Below the pieces are notes generated by a model that ran no database searches, was not told the DNA's origin, and was given only the letters and a program-made list of their open reading frames with translations. This document shows, piece after piece, positions 28,131 to 38,153 of a stretch of DNA of 64,000 nt. The stretch's first letter is position 1; every line of letters starts with the position of its first letter. The DNA lies in contig CAZNFL010000009.1 of the NCBI GenBank assembly GCA_964572455.1, positions 443 through 64,442 on the forward strand, in the 5' to 3' direction. The position numbers were made by a program, and so were the translations under genes. Source of the stretch: an uncultured Anaerolineaceae bacterium. GTDB taxonomy: Bacteria > Chloroflexota > Anaerolineae > Anaerolineales > UBA11579.

Positions 28131-29369
28131 TTATTCAACTAGTGAAATGATCGAGTCGCCAGCCCCGCCGTAATTTTGCTCGGAGTTGTAATTCAGCGTG
28201 AGATCCCCGTTCCCCGATACATTGACCATATTTGCAATCAGCTGCGAATTGATGACTGTATTGGAACCGTTCCCTGATACATTTGCGGTGGCGAGCGCTC
28301 CGTAGATCGTTCCGGTGGTTGTGACCATTCCATTGCCTGTGATTGAAATCGTGCTGACGTTGGCCTGGGCCATAAACAGCATCATTCCCTGATAATCGCC
28401 TGAAGTTGGGGCGCTGATGTTAAAGTTGCCATTCCCGCTAAGACTGAAGTCCCCGTCTTCCAGGTAGATCATGACCTCGTTGGCTGTTAGGCTTGCATTA
28501 CCCGAAGCCGAGAAATTACCATCGTCAATATAGTAAACACCCGGGTTCAAGGTCAGAACGGCATTAGCAGTCGCAGAAATTGAACAATATTTTCCAGGAT
28601 CGATGGTTGCCGTATCGTTCGCACTGATCGAATAGTTGAGACAAGCACCGCCAGGCTTGGGCGGTGCAGCCAGCGTGTTAAGGGGATCAGGCATGACCGG
28701 TGCGCCAGTACTTGGCGTTGGGTTGAAATCAGCGTTGCCCGTGGTGCGTACTCCTCCCACTACCGAGATGGCATCTGCATTGACCACAGCATTCCCAGTG
28801 GCACACGCGGCTCGGGTTCCGTTATTCGAATTAACCATGATGCCCCCATTATGGACAGTAATGCTGCCATTGCCGATGGCGTTGAAGGCGCAGGTATTGT
28901 CGCTGTCCAATACCAGGATCCCGTTGCCCCCAGCGAGCTGCCCTCCACCTTGAACGCAAAAACCAACCGCGCGCGCAGGGATGTCAACATCGCCGGCAAA
29001 AATAATCTTTGTGAACGAACCCTCCACTTTGGAGTTGATGACCACTTCGATATATCCGTCATCAACCATGTTAGGGCCGGTTAGTGGGGGGTGGTTTATT
29101 TCCACCGTGTTGGTGATGCCATCATTATTGAATCCATTGCTTAAGGCTGAGGCCAGAGCGGCTGCGTTTTCATCTTCATCAAAACAATAGGCCAGGGCAG
29201 CCGCCAGGGCAGCATTATCAGCTCCATTTTGCGCCGAACGCCGGGCAGCATACCAGCGGCCTCCATCCACAGCCACGCCAACCATGCCGACCAGCGCGAC
29301 GATCAGGATCATAATCAGCACCAAGACTTGCCCGGATTCGCGGCTTCGGTTCGACCCTTTTGTTTTCAT
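28131..29369 (-). CDS. TadG-like protein, paralogue
   Basis: ESGQVLVLIMILIVALVGMVGVAVDGGRWYAARRSAQNGADNAALAAA. Same length and architecture as 26871-28106. Confidence 0.7.
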   Translation of the reverse strand: MKTKGSNRSRESGQVLVLIMILIVALVGMVGVAVDGGRWYAARRSAQNGADNAALAAALAYCFDEDENAAALASALSNGFNNDGITNTVEINHPPLTGPNMVDDGYIEVVINSKVEGSFTKIIFAGDVDIPARAVGFCVQGGGQLAGGNGILVLDSDNTCAFNAIGNGSITVHNGGIMVNSNNGTRAACATGNAVVNADAISVVGGVRTTGNADFNPTPSTGAPVMPDPLNTLAAPPKPGGACLNYSISANDTATIDPGKYCSISATANAVLTLNPGVYYIDDGNFSASGNASLTANEVMIYLEDGDFSLSGNGNFNISAPTSGDYQGMMLFMAQANVSTISITGNGMVTTTGTIYGALATANVSGNGSNTVINSQLIANMVNVSGNGDLTLNYNSEQNYGGAGDSIISLVE

Positions 29370-29881
29370 GGCGTGGGGGGTGGAAAGGGGGTGGATGTAA
29401 CCGGGATGGAGCTTAGGATGAGCGCCTTCACGATGGTGCGGCGCACTTCCGATGTGAAGCCGATCTCGGGGATTTGCAGCAGTGGAAGATAACTCGCCGG
29501 CGTGAAGCGACCAGTCACTTCCACGATCACGCGATAACCCAACTGAACAGAAGCTTGGGTGACAGGGCAGGGGCCGAGCTCGGCTGTGCCTGGGCCGCGG
29601 TCATAGCTGATGAGAACATCTGCATCCTGGACGGATCCGGCCGCGCCAAATTGCCTGGCCAGGGAGCGAATCCCGGCACAATCAATATAGTGAGGCGTGC
29701 CGCCATCACCCTCTCCAACAGAGGAGCCGTATCGGCTGGCTTCACGAGCTGCGGTGGTTACGGCGGCGTAAACCCAAACCGCCCTTGCAATTTCAAAGGT
29801 CGCCAGGACAATTAACAACAAAATAGGAATGGTCACGGCAAATTCAACCATCGTTTGGCCCTGGGTTTTTTGCTTCGTCAT
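29366..29881 (-). CDS. TadE-like pseudopilin
   Basis: GQTMVEFAVTIPILLLIVLATFEIARAVWVYAAVTTAAREASRYG. ATGA overlap with the next gene. Confidence 0.75.
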   Translation of the reverse strand: MTKQKTQGQTMVEFAVTIPILLLIVLATFEIARAVWVYAAVTTAAREASRYGSSVGEGDGGTPHYIDCAGIRSLARQFGAAGSVQDADVLISYDRGPGTAELGPCPVTQASVQLGYRVIVEVTGRFTPASYLPLLQIPEIGFTSEVRRTIVKALILSSIPVTSTPFPPPTP

Positions 29882-30090
29882 CTTTAAAGGTTACCTGTCA
29901 ATAGCATTTTATTATAGCGAACCAGGCTGCGCAGGCCTATCCACCGAAAGCACTAAGCGTTTGGGCGAAGCTCTCAGGCTGCGGAGCCGCAGCCAAAACA
30001 AACAAAAGGGGGCGTTAGCCACGAACAGGGTAGCGAGCTATCGATCTCTTGGCTGCCCGGTGGGTCCGATCAAGCTGCGCGTCTGGCTAT

Positions 30091-30125
30091 TTGACAGTTT
30101 GAAATATAATTGTTATATTTCAAAC
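30091..30125 (+). promoter_or_regulatory. sigma70-type promoter with embedded MarR operator; probably leaderless transcript
   Basis: TTGACA (30091-96), 17 nt, TATATT (30114-19), then ATG at 30127. Perfect 12-bp inverted repeat GTTTGAAATATA (30097-30108) / TATATTTCAAAC (30114-30125). Confidence 0.65.
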
Positions 30126-30126
30126 T

Positions 30127-30591
30127 ATGCGCGGAGAGACGCTACAGGCCTGGATCTGCACGGCGATGATGCGGATCGGCACGCGCATGGCTACCGGCTT
30201 CGACCAGCATTTTGCCGGCCTGGGCATCACCCAAGCCCAGTTCCGCCTTCTGCTGGCGGTATGGAGCCAAGGAGGCAGCGAAGGCATTGCCCCCTCCACC
30301 CTGGCCGATCACTTGCTGATCGAGCGCGGCACGGTTTCCGTGCTAAGCAGCCGGATGGTGAAGCAGGGCTGGCTGAAACGCAAGCCAGGCGAGAATCGCC
30401 GCAGCCACCGCCTGGTGATCACCGAAGCGGGCGGGCAAACCCTGGACAAAGTTGCGCCCCTGGCGCTGGACCTGGCCGAGACCACTCTGTCTGGCTTTAC
30501 GCACCAGGAATTGGAAGCGATGCGCGCCAGCCTTGAGCTGATCGAAAACAAATTGCGTTTGCTTCCCAATCCCAGCCAAGATCTATCATGA
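30127..30591 (+). CDS. MarR family transcriptional regulator
   Basis: ITQAQFRLLLAVW...STLADHLLIERGTVSVLSSRMVKQGWLKR...DRRSH-like wing. Confidence 0.85.
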   Translation: MRGETLQAWICTAMMRIGTRMATGFDQHFAGLGITQAQFRLLLAVWSQGGSEGIAPSTLADHLLIERGTVSVLSSRMVKQGWLKRKPGENRRSHRLVITEAGGQTLDKVAPLALDLAETTLSGFTHQELEAMRASLELIENKLRLLPNPSQDLS

Positions 30592-30660
30592 GCCCTGAAT
30601 CGATTTCTTGCAACATAAATTTTACGATTTCACACGGGTGAGAATGAAAGCGAAACTAGA

Positions 30661-31611
30661 ATGAGCGAAACGATCCTGCAAGCGCAAGACCTGCACAAAC
30701 AATTCGACAAGACCCATGCCGTGCAAGGCATCAGCTTTGAGATCAAACAAGGCGAGATCTTCAGCTTGCTGGGCCCCAACGGCGCAGGCAAGACCACGAC
30801 CATCTCCATGCTGAGCTGCCTGCTGGCCCCCACCCAGGGCGATGCCTGGATCGATGGCCACTCGGTGCGCAGCGAGGCCAACAAAGTGAAGAGTGTTATC
30901 GGTGTGGTGCCGCAGGAGATCGCCTTGTACCCTGACCTGACCGCCCGAGAGAACCTGGCCTTTTGGGGTCGCATGTATGGCATGGGCGGCAGCCAGATGA
31001 AGCAGCGCATCGCGGCGGTGCTGGATATCGTGGGGCTCAGTGAGCGCGCCGCCGAAAAGGTCGAGACCTATTCGGGCGGCATGAAGCGGCGCATCAACAT
31101 CGCCGTCGGCTTGTTGCACCAGCCCAAGGTCCTATATATGGACGAGCCGACAGTGGGCATTGACCCGCAAAGCCGGCGCCGCATCCTGGATACTGTTCTC
31201 GAGCTGAACAAAGAAGGTCTCACGCTGCTGTACACCACGCACAACATGGATGAGGCGGCCGAACTGAGCGACCGGATCGGCATCATTGATCATGGCAAAC
31301 TGATCGCCCTGGGCACCCAGGCCGAGTTGACCAAGACCGTGGGCGAATACGACACGATGCGCATCGGGGTGGAGGCGGACAAGCTGGATACCGCCGCAGT
31401 TCTCAAATCCATAGAAGCCATCAAAGGCGTGCACCGCGTCTCGCTGGAGGACAGCAGCCTCGTGATCCAAACTGAGGATGCGAATGACTCCCTGGCCGAC
31501 GTGGTGAGCCGCTTGGACAAAGCCGGCGCCCGGGTGCTCAGCCTGAAAGTGGAAGAACCCAACCTGGAAGCCGTTTTCCTGCACCTCACCGGCCGGGCCT
31601 TGCGCGACTAG
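30661..31611 (+). CDS. ABC transporter ATP-binding protein (DrrA-like)
   Basis: GPNGAGKTT, YSGGMKRR, VLYMDEPTVGID. Confidence 0.9.
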   Translation: MSETILQAQDLHKQFDKTHAVQGISFEIKQGEIFSLLGPNGAGKTTTISMLSCLLAPTQGDAWIDGHSVRSEANKVKSVIGVVPQEIALYPDLTARENLAFWGRMYGMGGSQMKQRIAAVLDIVGLSERAAEKVETYSGGMKRRINIAVGLLHQPKVLYMDEPTVGIDPQSRRRILDTVLELNKEGLTLLYTTHNMDEAAELSDRIGIIDHGKLIALGTQAELTKTVGEYDTMRIGVEADKLDTAAVLKSIEAIKGVHRVSLEDSSLVIQTEDANDSLADVVSRLDKAGARVLSLKVEEPNLEAVFLHLTGRALRD

Positions 31612-31626
31612 AGATGGATCATTATT

Positions 31627-31716
31627 TGTCATTGCGAGGCCGACGTGACAATCTCCGCCATAACCAGGGAGGTTGCTTCGTCGGCTTTTGCTACGCAAAG
31701 CATCATCGCAATGACA
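31627..31716. repeat. MITE-like element with terminal inverted repeats TGTCATTGCGA / TCGCAATGACA (family C)
   Basis: 90 nt between the ATPase and permease genes. Related to 40281-40379 and to ...gagattgcttcgc...ctcgcaatgac at 51993-52051. Confidence 0.7.
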
Positions 31717-31740
31717 AAGGATGCAAATGAAAGCTAGCCG

Positions 31741-32997
31741 ATGAAGGCTCTCCAAATCGCCTGGAAGGACACCCTGACTCGCTTCCGGGATTGGAAAGCG
31801 CTGGCCGGCATGCTGGCTGCGCCTTTGCTGATCTCGGCGCTGATCGGATTGGCTTTCGGCGGCCTGGCTAACTCCGAGGCGCCCGTTGCTGACATCCCCG
31901 TGACGCTGGTCAACGCCGACGAAGGCCAACTGGGCCAAGTATATGAAGAAGCGCTTGGCTCCGAAAGGATGACGGACTTAATAAGCCTGGAACTGATGGA
32001 CGACCTGGAATCCGCCAAGGGGCGCATCGAAGCTGGCGAATTGCGCGCTGTGATCTACATTCCGCCCGGGTTCAGCCAAAACTTTGTGCCCCCAGCGGGG
32101 GCAACTGATTTTGAGTTTGGCGCAGCCACCGTGCAGGTATTTACTGACCCCGCCGCGGATATCAGCCCGTTCATCGTGATAAGCATCGTCGAACAGATCA
32201 CGACCGGCCTGAACAGCGCGCTGCTGGCAGGCCAGGTTAGCGCATCGCAGGTGGCGCAGCACGCGCTTTTGCTCGGTCCCGCTATGGCGGGCCTAGGCCA
32301 GGCCCTTGCGGAGGAGTTGACTGCGGAGAATTTCAACCTAGAGCAGCCGCGCCTGGACCTGAGCCTCATCGAAACCGGCGAAACCAGCCAACCTTTTGAC
32401 GTCTACACCTTTTTCGTGCCCGGCATGGCGGTGTTCTTCCTTATGTTCAGCATGTTCGATGGCTCGCGTTCCATTCTGCTGGAACAAACCCGTGGCACCC
32501 TGCCGCGCCTGATGACCACGCCCACTGCCACCAGCGAGATCATCCTGGGAAAGATGGGCGGCACCTTCCTCACGGGACTGTTGCAATTTAGCATCCTGGT
32601 GCTTGCCTCCAGCCTGCTCTTCGATATCAGCTGGGGTTCTTCTCCACTGGGAGTGGCCACCATTATGGTGCTCACCGTATTTGCTGCGGCTGGCACGGGC
32701 GCCCTGCTCACCACTTTTGCGCGCAATGAGAACCAAGCCAGCATCATCGCCTCTGCCGTGTCGCTGACCTTCGGCGCCCTGGGGGGCTCTTTCTTCCCCT
32801 CGTCCAGCTTGACTGGTGTAGTGGACCTGGCCAGCAAGCTGACCATCAACCGTTGGGCGATGGAAGGCTTCACTAAGCTCATCGCTGGTGAGGCCGGCTT
32901 CTTCGATATTCTGCCCGAAGCCGGCATCCTGGCGCTGATCGGGTTGGTAACTTTCCTATTGGCCTTGCGCGGGTTCAAACGCCGCTTTGTGAAATAA
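31741..32997 (+). CDS. ABC-2 family transporter permease
   Basis: N-terminal TM, large extracytoplasmic loop, five C-terminal TM helices. Confidence 0.8.
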   Translation: MKALQIAWKDTLTRFRDWKALAGMLAAPLLISALIGLAFGGLANSEAPVADIPVTLVNADEGQLGQVYEEALGSERMTDLISLELMDDLESAKGRIEAGELRAVIYIPPGFSQNFVPPAGATDFEFGAATVQVFTDPAADISPFIVISIVEQITTGLNSALLAGQVSASQVAQHALLLGPAMAGLGQALAEELTAENFNLEQPRLDLSLIETGETSQPFDVYTFFVPGMAVFFLMFSMFDGSRSILLEQTRGTLPRLMTTPTATSEIILGKMGGTFLTGLLQFSILVLASSLLFDISWGSSPLGVATIMVLTVFAAAGTGALLTTFARNENQASIIASAVSLTFGALGGSFFPSSSLTGVVDLASKLTINRWAMEGFTKLIAGEAGFFDILPEAGILALIGLVTFLLALRGFKRRFVK

Positions 32998-32998
32998 C

Positions 32999-34222
32999 AT
33001 GCGCAAAATCTGGGAGATCGCCTGGCTATACCTGTATACGACCTATAAGGATCGCAGCACCTTTCTGTATGGCTTTGCCCTGCCCCTCATCTTTACTTTT
33101 GTCATCGGCGTGGGCATCTCTGGGTTTGCTTCCCAAAGTGAAACGGTGTGGCGGCTGGATGTTGTGGATCATGACCAGAGCGCCCTGAGCGCCCAATTAG
33201 TAGAACGCCTCGACGCCGTCCCCATCTTGGAAGCCGATGTATTGGACGAAGTTGCGGCGATCGAGGATCTAGCGGCGGGCGAGGCAGCCGCCACGCTCAC
33301 GCTGCCCGCCGGGCTTAGCCAGCAGCTGCTGGCCTGGGAACGGCTGACCCTGGAGTTCCGCTTGAACCTGGAAGAGCCGGCTTCCGCCCAGGTGGTGGAA
33401 CAGGCCGTGCAGGCTGCGCTCAATGAGGTCAGCAGCGCCATCGATATCGCCGAGACCAGCCTGCGAGTGGCAGATCGCATGGGGTTGTTTGAAATTTCCG
33501 GCGCGCCTGATCGCGAAAATTATTACCAGGCTGCCCTCAATGCCGGCCGCCAGGGCTGGCAAGCCGGTGCGCCGATCAGTGTGGAGTCCAGCCAGCTCAC
33601 CCGCCGCGAAGATACAGAGCAAACTATTCCCGTCGGCTTCGCCCAAACCTCCCCCGGCATCGGGGTCATGTTCACTATGTTCTTTATCGCTTACGGCGGG
33701 GCGGCTATCCTGCTGGAACGCGAGCAGGGCACCTTGCGCCGGCTGCTCACCATGCCGGTGAGCAAGACCGCCATCCTGGCGGGCAAGGTGCTGGGCGTCT
33801 TCATCGCCGGGGCGATCCAGTTCACGATCATGGTGCTGGCCGGCCAGTTCTTGTTCGGGGTGGACTGGGGCCGTGAGCCGCTGGCCTTGGCGGTGATGAT
33901 CGTGGCCTTTGTGTTGTGCATCACCTGCTTCAGCATGCTGCTGGCCGCCCTGGCGCGCTCCTATGCACAGATCGACGCGCTGAGCACGCTGATCATCCTG
34001 CCGCTTGCGGCGCTGGGCGGCGCCATGTGGCCGATCGAGATCGTGCCGCCCTTCATGCAGCAGATAGCCCTGTTCCTGCCCACCGGCTGGGCGATGCGCG
34101 GCTTCCACGACATCATCACCCGCGGCCTGGGGCTGGCGGATGTGCTGCCGGAGGCCGGCGTGCTGCTGGCCTTCGGCGCGGTGTTCCTGGCGATTGCGGT
34201 GTGGCGTTTCAAGTACGAGTGA
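32999..34222 (+). CDS. ABC-2 family transporter permease (second subunit)
   Basis: Same architecture as 31741-32997. Confidence 0.8.
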   Translation: MRKIWEIAWLYLYTTYKDRSTFLYGFALPLIFTFVIGVGISGFASQSETVWRLDVVDHDQSALSAQLVERLDAVPILEADVLDEVAAIEDLAAGEAAATLTLPAGLSQQLLAWERLTLEFRLNLEEPASAQVVEQAVQAALNEVSSAIDIAETSLRVADRMGLFEISGAPDRENYYQAALNAGRQGWQAGAPISVESSQLTRREDTEQTIPVGFAQTSPGIGVMFTMFFIAYGGAAILLEREQGTLRRLLTMPVSKTAILAGKVLGVFIAGAIQFTIMVLAGQFLFGVDWGREPLALAVMIVAFVLCITCFSMLLAALARSYAQIDALSTLIILPLAALGGAMWPIEIVPPFMQQIALFLPTGWAMRGFHDIITRGLGLADVLPEAGVLLAFGAVFLAIAVWRFKYE

Positions 34223-34331
34223 TCAAAATTTTTGCGGAACTCAGTTCCTGCGCGACTTGCATCCTGAGATCAGTGCTGGACTAATGTTCAATTTACATAT
34301 AGAATAATTCGGCCAAAGCAATTCAACTTTT

Positions 34332-35744
34332 ATGAAATACGTTTTTATCACCTACAACGGTCTCGCGCTTCCCATTGCCTATAAACTTCAACAAGAAGGA
34401 CATGAGGTGATCGTTGGTCAGATCGACCACGTAAAAGACTATGTAATGGAAGAAGAGATCGAGAACGCCACCGAAACGGATTTTGCCAAAAAGCGCCGAC
34501 TCGATCTTTTCAAGGGGATGCTGGATATCCAGCCTGCCAAGCAGGTCATCGAGATGCTGCTAAAGGCAGATCCCAAGAGTTATTTCGTCTTTTTTGAGGA
34601 AAACAATTTATACCGGTGGGCGGATAAGATCAAGCACCTCGACTTTGAAGGCAACTTTCCCACGAAGGAAGACTACCTTTTCGAGATCGATCGCGACTTC
34701 GCTAAAAAGTTCGTGAAGGAACACTATCCCAAACTGTACACTCCGGACGTAGAAGACTTTTCAACGATCGAAGCGGGGATTAAATTTTTACGCAAAACCA
34801 AAGAGATCTGGGTTCTCAAAGGAAAGGACGACAGCGCACCGACCTTTGTGCCTGACGTGGACGTCCCTGATCTTGCCAACGCCCAAGTTATCGACATGCT
34901 CGAAAACTTTCCCTACAAATACCAAAAGCTCGGCTTTATCTTGGAACCTTTTATCCCCCTGGCGCTGGAACTCACCCCGGAAATCATGTTTTACGACGGG
35001 GTTCCGCTCTTCTCGACCATAGGTATTGAAAATAAATCGTTTGGCAGCGGCAATCTATCCATCCAAACCGGCTGTTCCGAAGACCTTGTATTTCCCACCT
35101 ACATGGAAGACCGCATCAACAAGATCGCGTTTCCTCCGATCGTGTATGAAATGGCGCAAAAACATAAGGGCCTTTTTATTTGGGATGCCTCGCTGCTGGT
35201 CAGCAGGAAAGATGGAAAGATCTTCTTTGGCGAATTCTGCAGCAACCGCCCCGGCTACAATTCGTTCTTCACCGAACTTTCGCAAGTAAAATCAGTAAAC
35301 GAATTCTTTGAGTCATCGGTCAATAAGGTCCCGGCATTAAAACCCGGTACGGTTGGCGTATCCCTTCGGCTGTTCAATATGAACAGGGACGAAGATACCG
35401 AACAGATATCCGAAAATATTACTGTTGATTACAAACCGGAGATCGAAAAGGATCTGTGGCTTTGGGATGTAAAACGAAATGGCGGCAAGAAGATCTTAAC
35501 CGTGGGAGCCGACTGGAATTTAGCGATCATTACGGGGGCCGGAAAATCGATTAACGAGGCGGTAAACAAGCTCTACAAAAACGTAGACGGGTTCTCGTTT
35601 GTGGGATCGTATTACCGCTCCGAGGACGATTTTATTTCGCAGGATTATCCAACTTCAATATTAAACCGCCTGAACTATGGGCTGGAGCGCGGCCTCTACC
35701 GCTTGCCGTTTGAAGTGCGGGTCGGGGCGATAGAAACGCGCTAG
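34332..35744 (+). CDS. ATP-grasp enzyme, PurD (GAR synthetase)-like, divergent
   Basis: Rossmann-like start MKYVFITYNGLALPIAYKLQQEGHEV. IWVLKGKDDSAPTFV resembles the PurD VVKADGLAAGKGV strand. C-terminal ILTVGADWNLAIITGAGKSINEAVNKLY resembles the PurD C-domain. Lower GC than its flanks. Confidence 0.45.
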   Translation: MKYVFITYNGLALPIAYKLQQEGHEVIVGQIDHVKDYVMEEEIENATETDFAKKRRLDLFKGMLDIQPAKQVIEMLLKADPKSYFVFFEENNLYRWADKIKHLDFEGNFPTKEDYLFEIDRDFAKKFVKEHYPKLYTPDVEDFSTIEAGIKFLRKTKEIWVLKGKDDSAPTFVPDVDVPDLANAQVIDMLENFPYKYQKLGFILEPFIPLALELTPEIMFYDGVPLFSTIGIENKSFGSGNLSIQTGCSEDLVFPTYMEDRINKIAFPPIVYEMAQKHKGLFIWDASLLVSRKDGKIFFGEFCSNRPGYNSFFTELSQVKSVNEFFESSVNKVPALKPGTVGVSLRLFNMNRDEDTEQISENITVDYKPEIEKDLWLWDVKRNGGKKILTVGADWNLAIITGAGKSINEAVNKLYKNVDGFSFVGSYYRSEDDFISQDYPTSILNRLNYGLERGLYRLPFEVRVGAIETR

Positions 35745-36097
35745 CCTTTGTTGACGGCAGACAGAGCCTCGAACTAATGTTCTGAGTATGGGGCCAGGCA
35801 GAATTCCATGTTTTAATCCATAGGTCCCGACCTTTAATCAATCGTTTTCGAGACCAACGTATAATCAGGCTGATTTCGCCCTAAAGATAAGTTCCTCTCA
35901 GTTATTCCTTTTTAATCGGGCGACAGGCAATAACGCCCACCTTTCAAAATCAGGTGGGCGGGAAGGCGGAGGAAGAATCAAAACTTTGGAGGTCGTCATT
36001 ACCGCTGACCACAGAGGCACGCGAGTTAACACCTGTTGAGCAACAGCTCTGAGGAATAAGATACGATGAAATTTTTTACGAGCGATGGAGGCATCTG

Positions 36098-37120
36098 ATG
36101 GCTAAAAAAGTTCATCCCACAAAAACATCGCTAGCACATCTCATGGCAATGATAGCTGCGGTGCTGCTAGCGATTTCCTTGGGCGCTGGCAGTCTGGCCC
36201 AGGCCGCACCGCTGGCTCAGCAGCCAATTATCGACAATGTTAACTACGCAATGTGGCTTAGCCCACAAGATGCAAAATTGTGTGTTGGACAAACGGTTGT
36301 TTTCCCGGTCAGTGTTCGCTTGATCGTAACTGAGCATATTGGCAACCAGACCCCGTATGATTACCGCGTTTACTACTCTAATGAAGAAATAAAAGCCACG
36401 GTACTCAACGAAAATGTGGGAACAATCGAGCCGACAAGACTAAGGACAAGCGTCTCTCTACACAGCGGATATGACCCCGACTCCGATTTAGCGCCACTGC
36501 TTAACCCTCGGATTGAACGGCGCGGTACGCACGAGCCACTCATTGTAAGTTTCGCATTCACTGCCAAGGAAAAAGGTGTTACAACCATCAGGTTCGAGCA
36601 TACCAGGAGCGCTAAACCCCTCACACATGCCTTGACCCTGACAGCCCAAGTAGAAGTGGTAGATTGCTGGGAAGCCTATTCCAGTGCGCTTGGCCAGGAA
36701 TGGCCAACCAAAGACATCTGCAGCCTAGAGAGGCCTTTTCTCCTTGAAGCAAAGGATCCGAATGCACCAGCTGGCATAACTGGCAATACCCAAGTCTTGT
36801 TTTTTTGGCCTAGCTCATCCGAGGTCTTATTTGGACCCAACTCCCGGGGACCTTATGAGCATGGGAGATATGTATACGTTGAGGAATTCACTGCATCGGT
36901 GGGAGGTCTTAGTACTACCTGTCAGGTAGTTAGTGGAGGTAATTACGAAGTACAGCTATACGACACACCCAAAGAAGGTGACATCCTAATGCTCGGGGAC
37001 GCTACACAATATTGCCCAGGCTCTATCATTACCACTCCAAATGTTGGCACCCGAGTTGCCTTCAGGGCCCTTGGCGAAGGGAATGTATGCCAAGAGTCAT
37101 TGCCCGGACTAAACCCATGA
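36098..37120 (+). CDS. secreted hypothetical protein
   Basis: Signal peptide (LLAISLGAGSLAQAAP); no recognisable domain. Confidence 0.55.
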   Translation: MAKKVHPTKTSLAHLMAMIAAVLLAISLGAGSLAQAAPLAQQPIIDNVNYAMWLSPQDAKLCVGQTVVFPVSVRLIVTEHIGNQTPYDYRVYYSNEEIKATVLNENVGTIEPTRLRTSVSLHSGYDPDSDLAPLLNPRIERRGTHEPLIVSFAFTAKEKGVTTIRFEHTRSAKPLTHALTLTAQVEVVDCWEAYSSALGQEWPTKDICSLERPFLLEAKDPNAPAGITGNTQVLFFWPSSSEVLFGPNSRGPYEHGRYVYVEEFTASVGGLSTTCQVVSGGNYEVQLYDTPKEGDILMLGDATQYCPGSIITTPNVGTRVAFRALGEGNVCQESLPGLNP

Positions 37121-38142
37121 AAAAAAATAGACCTCAACATTGGAATCTGATCGTACTAGGTCTGGTAATTCTTTTTGTTTCCGCGTGTCAGACAAATGGA
37201 CAACCCTCTTCTGCCTCAAGCGACAGTGTTGATACCGAACAGGGAGAGCCTGTGGAACTAACACTGGGGTCCGGGACCTTGCACTTAGCAGATCCGTGGG
37301 TCGGGCTGGAGGACCTGTCAAGTTATACAGCCACTCTAATTCGCTCATTTGAAGGCAGCGTTTCGGGCGAGCCCCAACAATGGACCGAAACTTACGTGGT
37401 GAAACGAGACAATGAAGCTGCGGCCAGTCAGATGACCGTTGACGCCACGGGAGATAATCCACCAGACCAAATCTTTGTTGCCGAGATTGGGGAAAACACT
37501 TATGCAAAATCCGGCGGAGGCGATTGCGTGGCGGAATCAATCAACTCGGAAATTTCCTCCATTGAACGAATTGATCCGGCAGCCCTGCTTTCGGGTTTGT
37601 TGGGTGCGGACGAAGCCGGGCAAGAAGAAATGGTTGGTGTAGCTGCCAATCATTACACCTTCGATGAACGCGCCCTCGGAAAAGCCGACTTGGAAGATTC
37701 CGATGGGGAAATCTGGGTGGCGGCTGAAAGCGGCTACATCCTGAAATACGTATTGACAACCACGGGTGGTTCAAACGCTTTCGGTGAAGGCATTGAAGGT
37801 ACGCTGACCTGGGATTATGCACTGACCGAGATCAACACCACGGTGCTGCCCGCCCTTCCCGAAGGCTGCCAGCTGAACGCGCCTTTACTAGCAGACGCAA
37901 CGAATGTGCTGCACACCCCTTATTGGCTGGCGTATAGCACTTTAACTAGCATCCCAGATGCGGCGGCTTTCTATCAGGAGCAACTGACCAGTTTTGGCTG
38001 GACTCTCTCATCAGGACCTGTGTCCGCCGAAGAAAACACGTTCATGGAATTTGCACAAGGTGATCAAACCATTGGTGTGTTCATCAGCGTGGGTGAAACA
38101 GGCACGGATGTGAATATTGTTCTGTACGACGCCGCGGAATAG
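37117..38142 (+). CDS. hypothetical lipoprotein
   Basis: MKKNRPQHWNLIVLGLVILFVSAC lipobox. ATGA overlap with the upstream gene. The ORF-track start at 37012 is inside the upstream gene. Confidence 0.6.
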   Translation: MKKNRPQHWNLIVLGLVILFVSACQTNGQPSSASSDSVDTEQGEPVELTLGSGTLHLADPWVGLEDLSSYTATLIRSFEGSVSGEPQQWTETYVVKRDNEAAASQMTVDATGDNPPDQIFVAEIGENTYAKSGGGDCVAESINSEISSIERIDPAALLSGLLGADEAGQEEMVGVAANHYTFDERALGKADLEDSDGEIWVAAESGYILKYVLTTTGGSNAFGEGIEGTLTWDYALTEINTTVLPALPEGCQLNAPLLADATNVLHTPYWLAYSTLTSIPDAAAFYQEQLTSFGWTLSSGPVSAEENTFMEFAQGDQTIGVFISVGETGTDVNIVLYDAAE

Positions 38143-38153
38143 CAAATTCTCGG

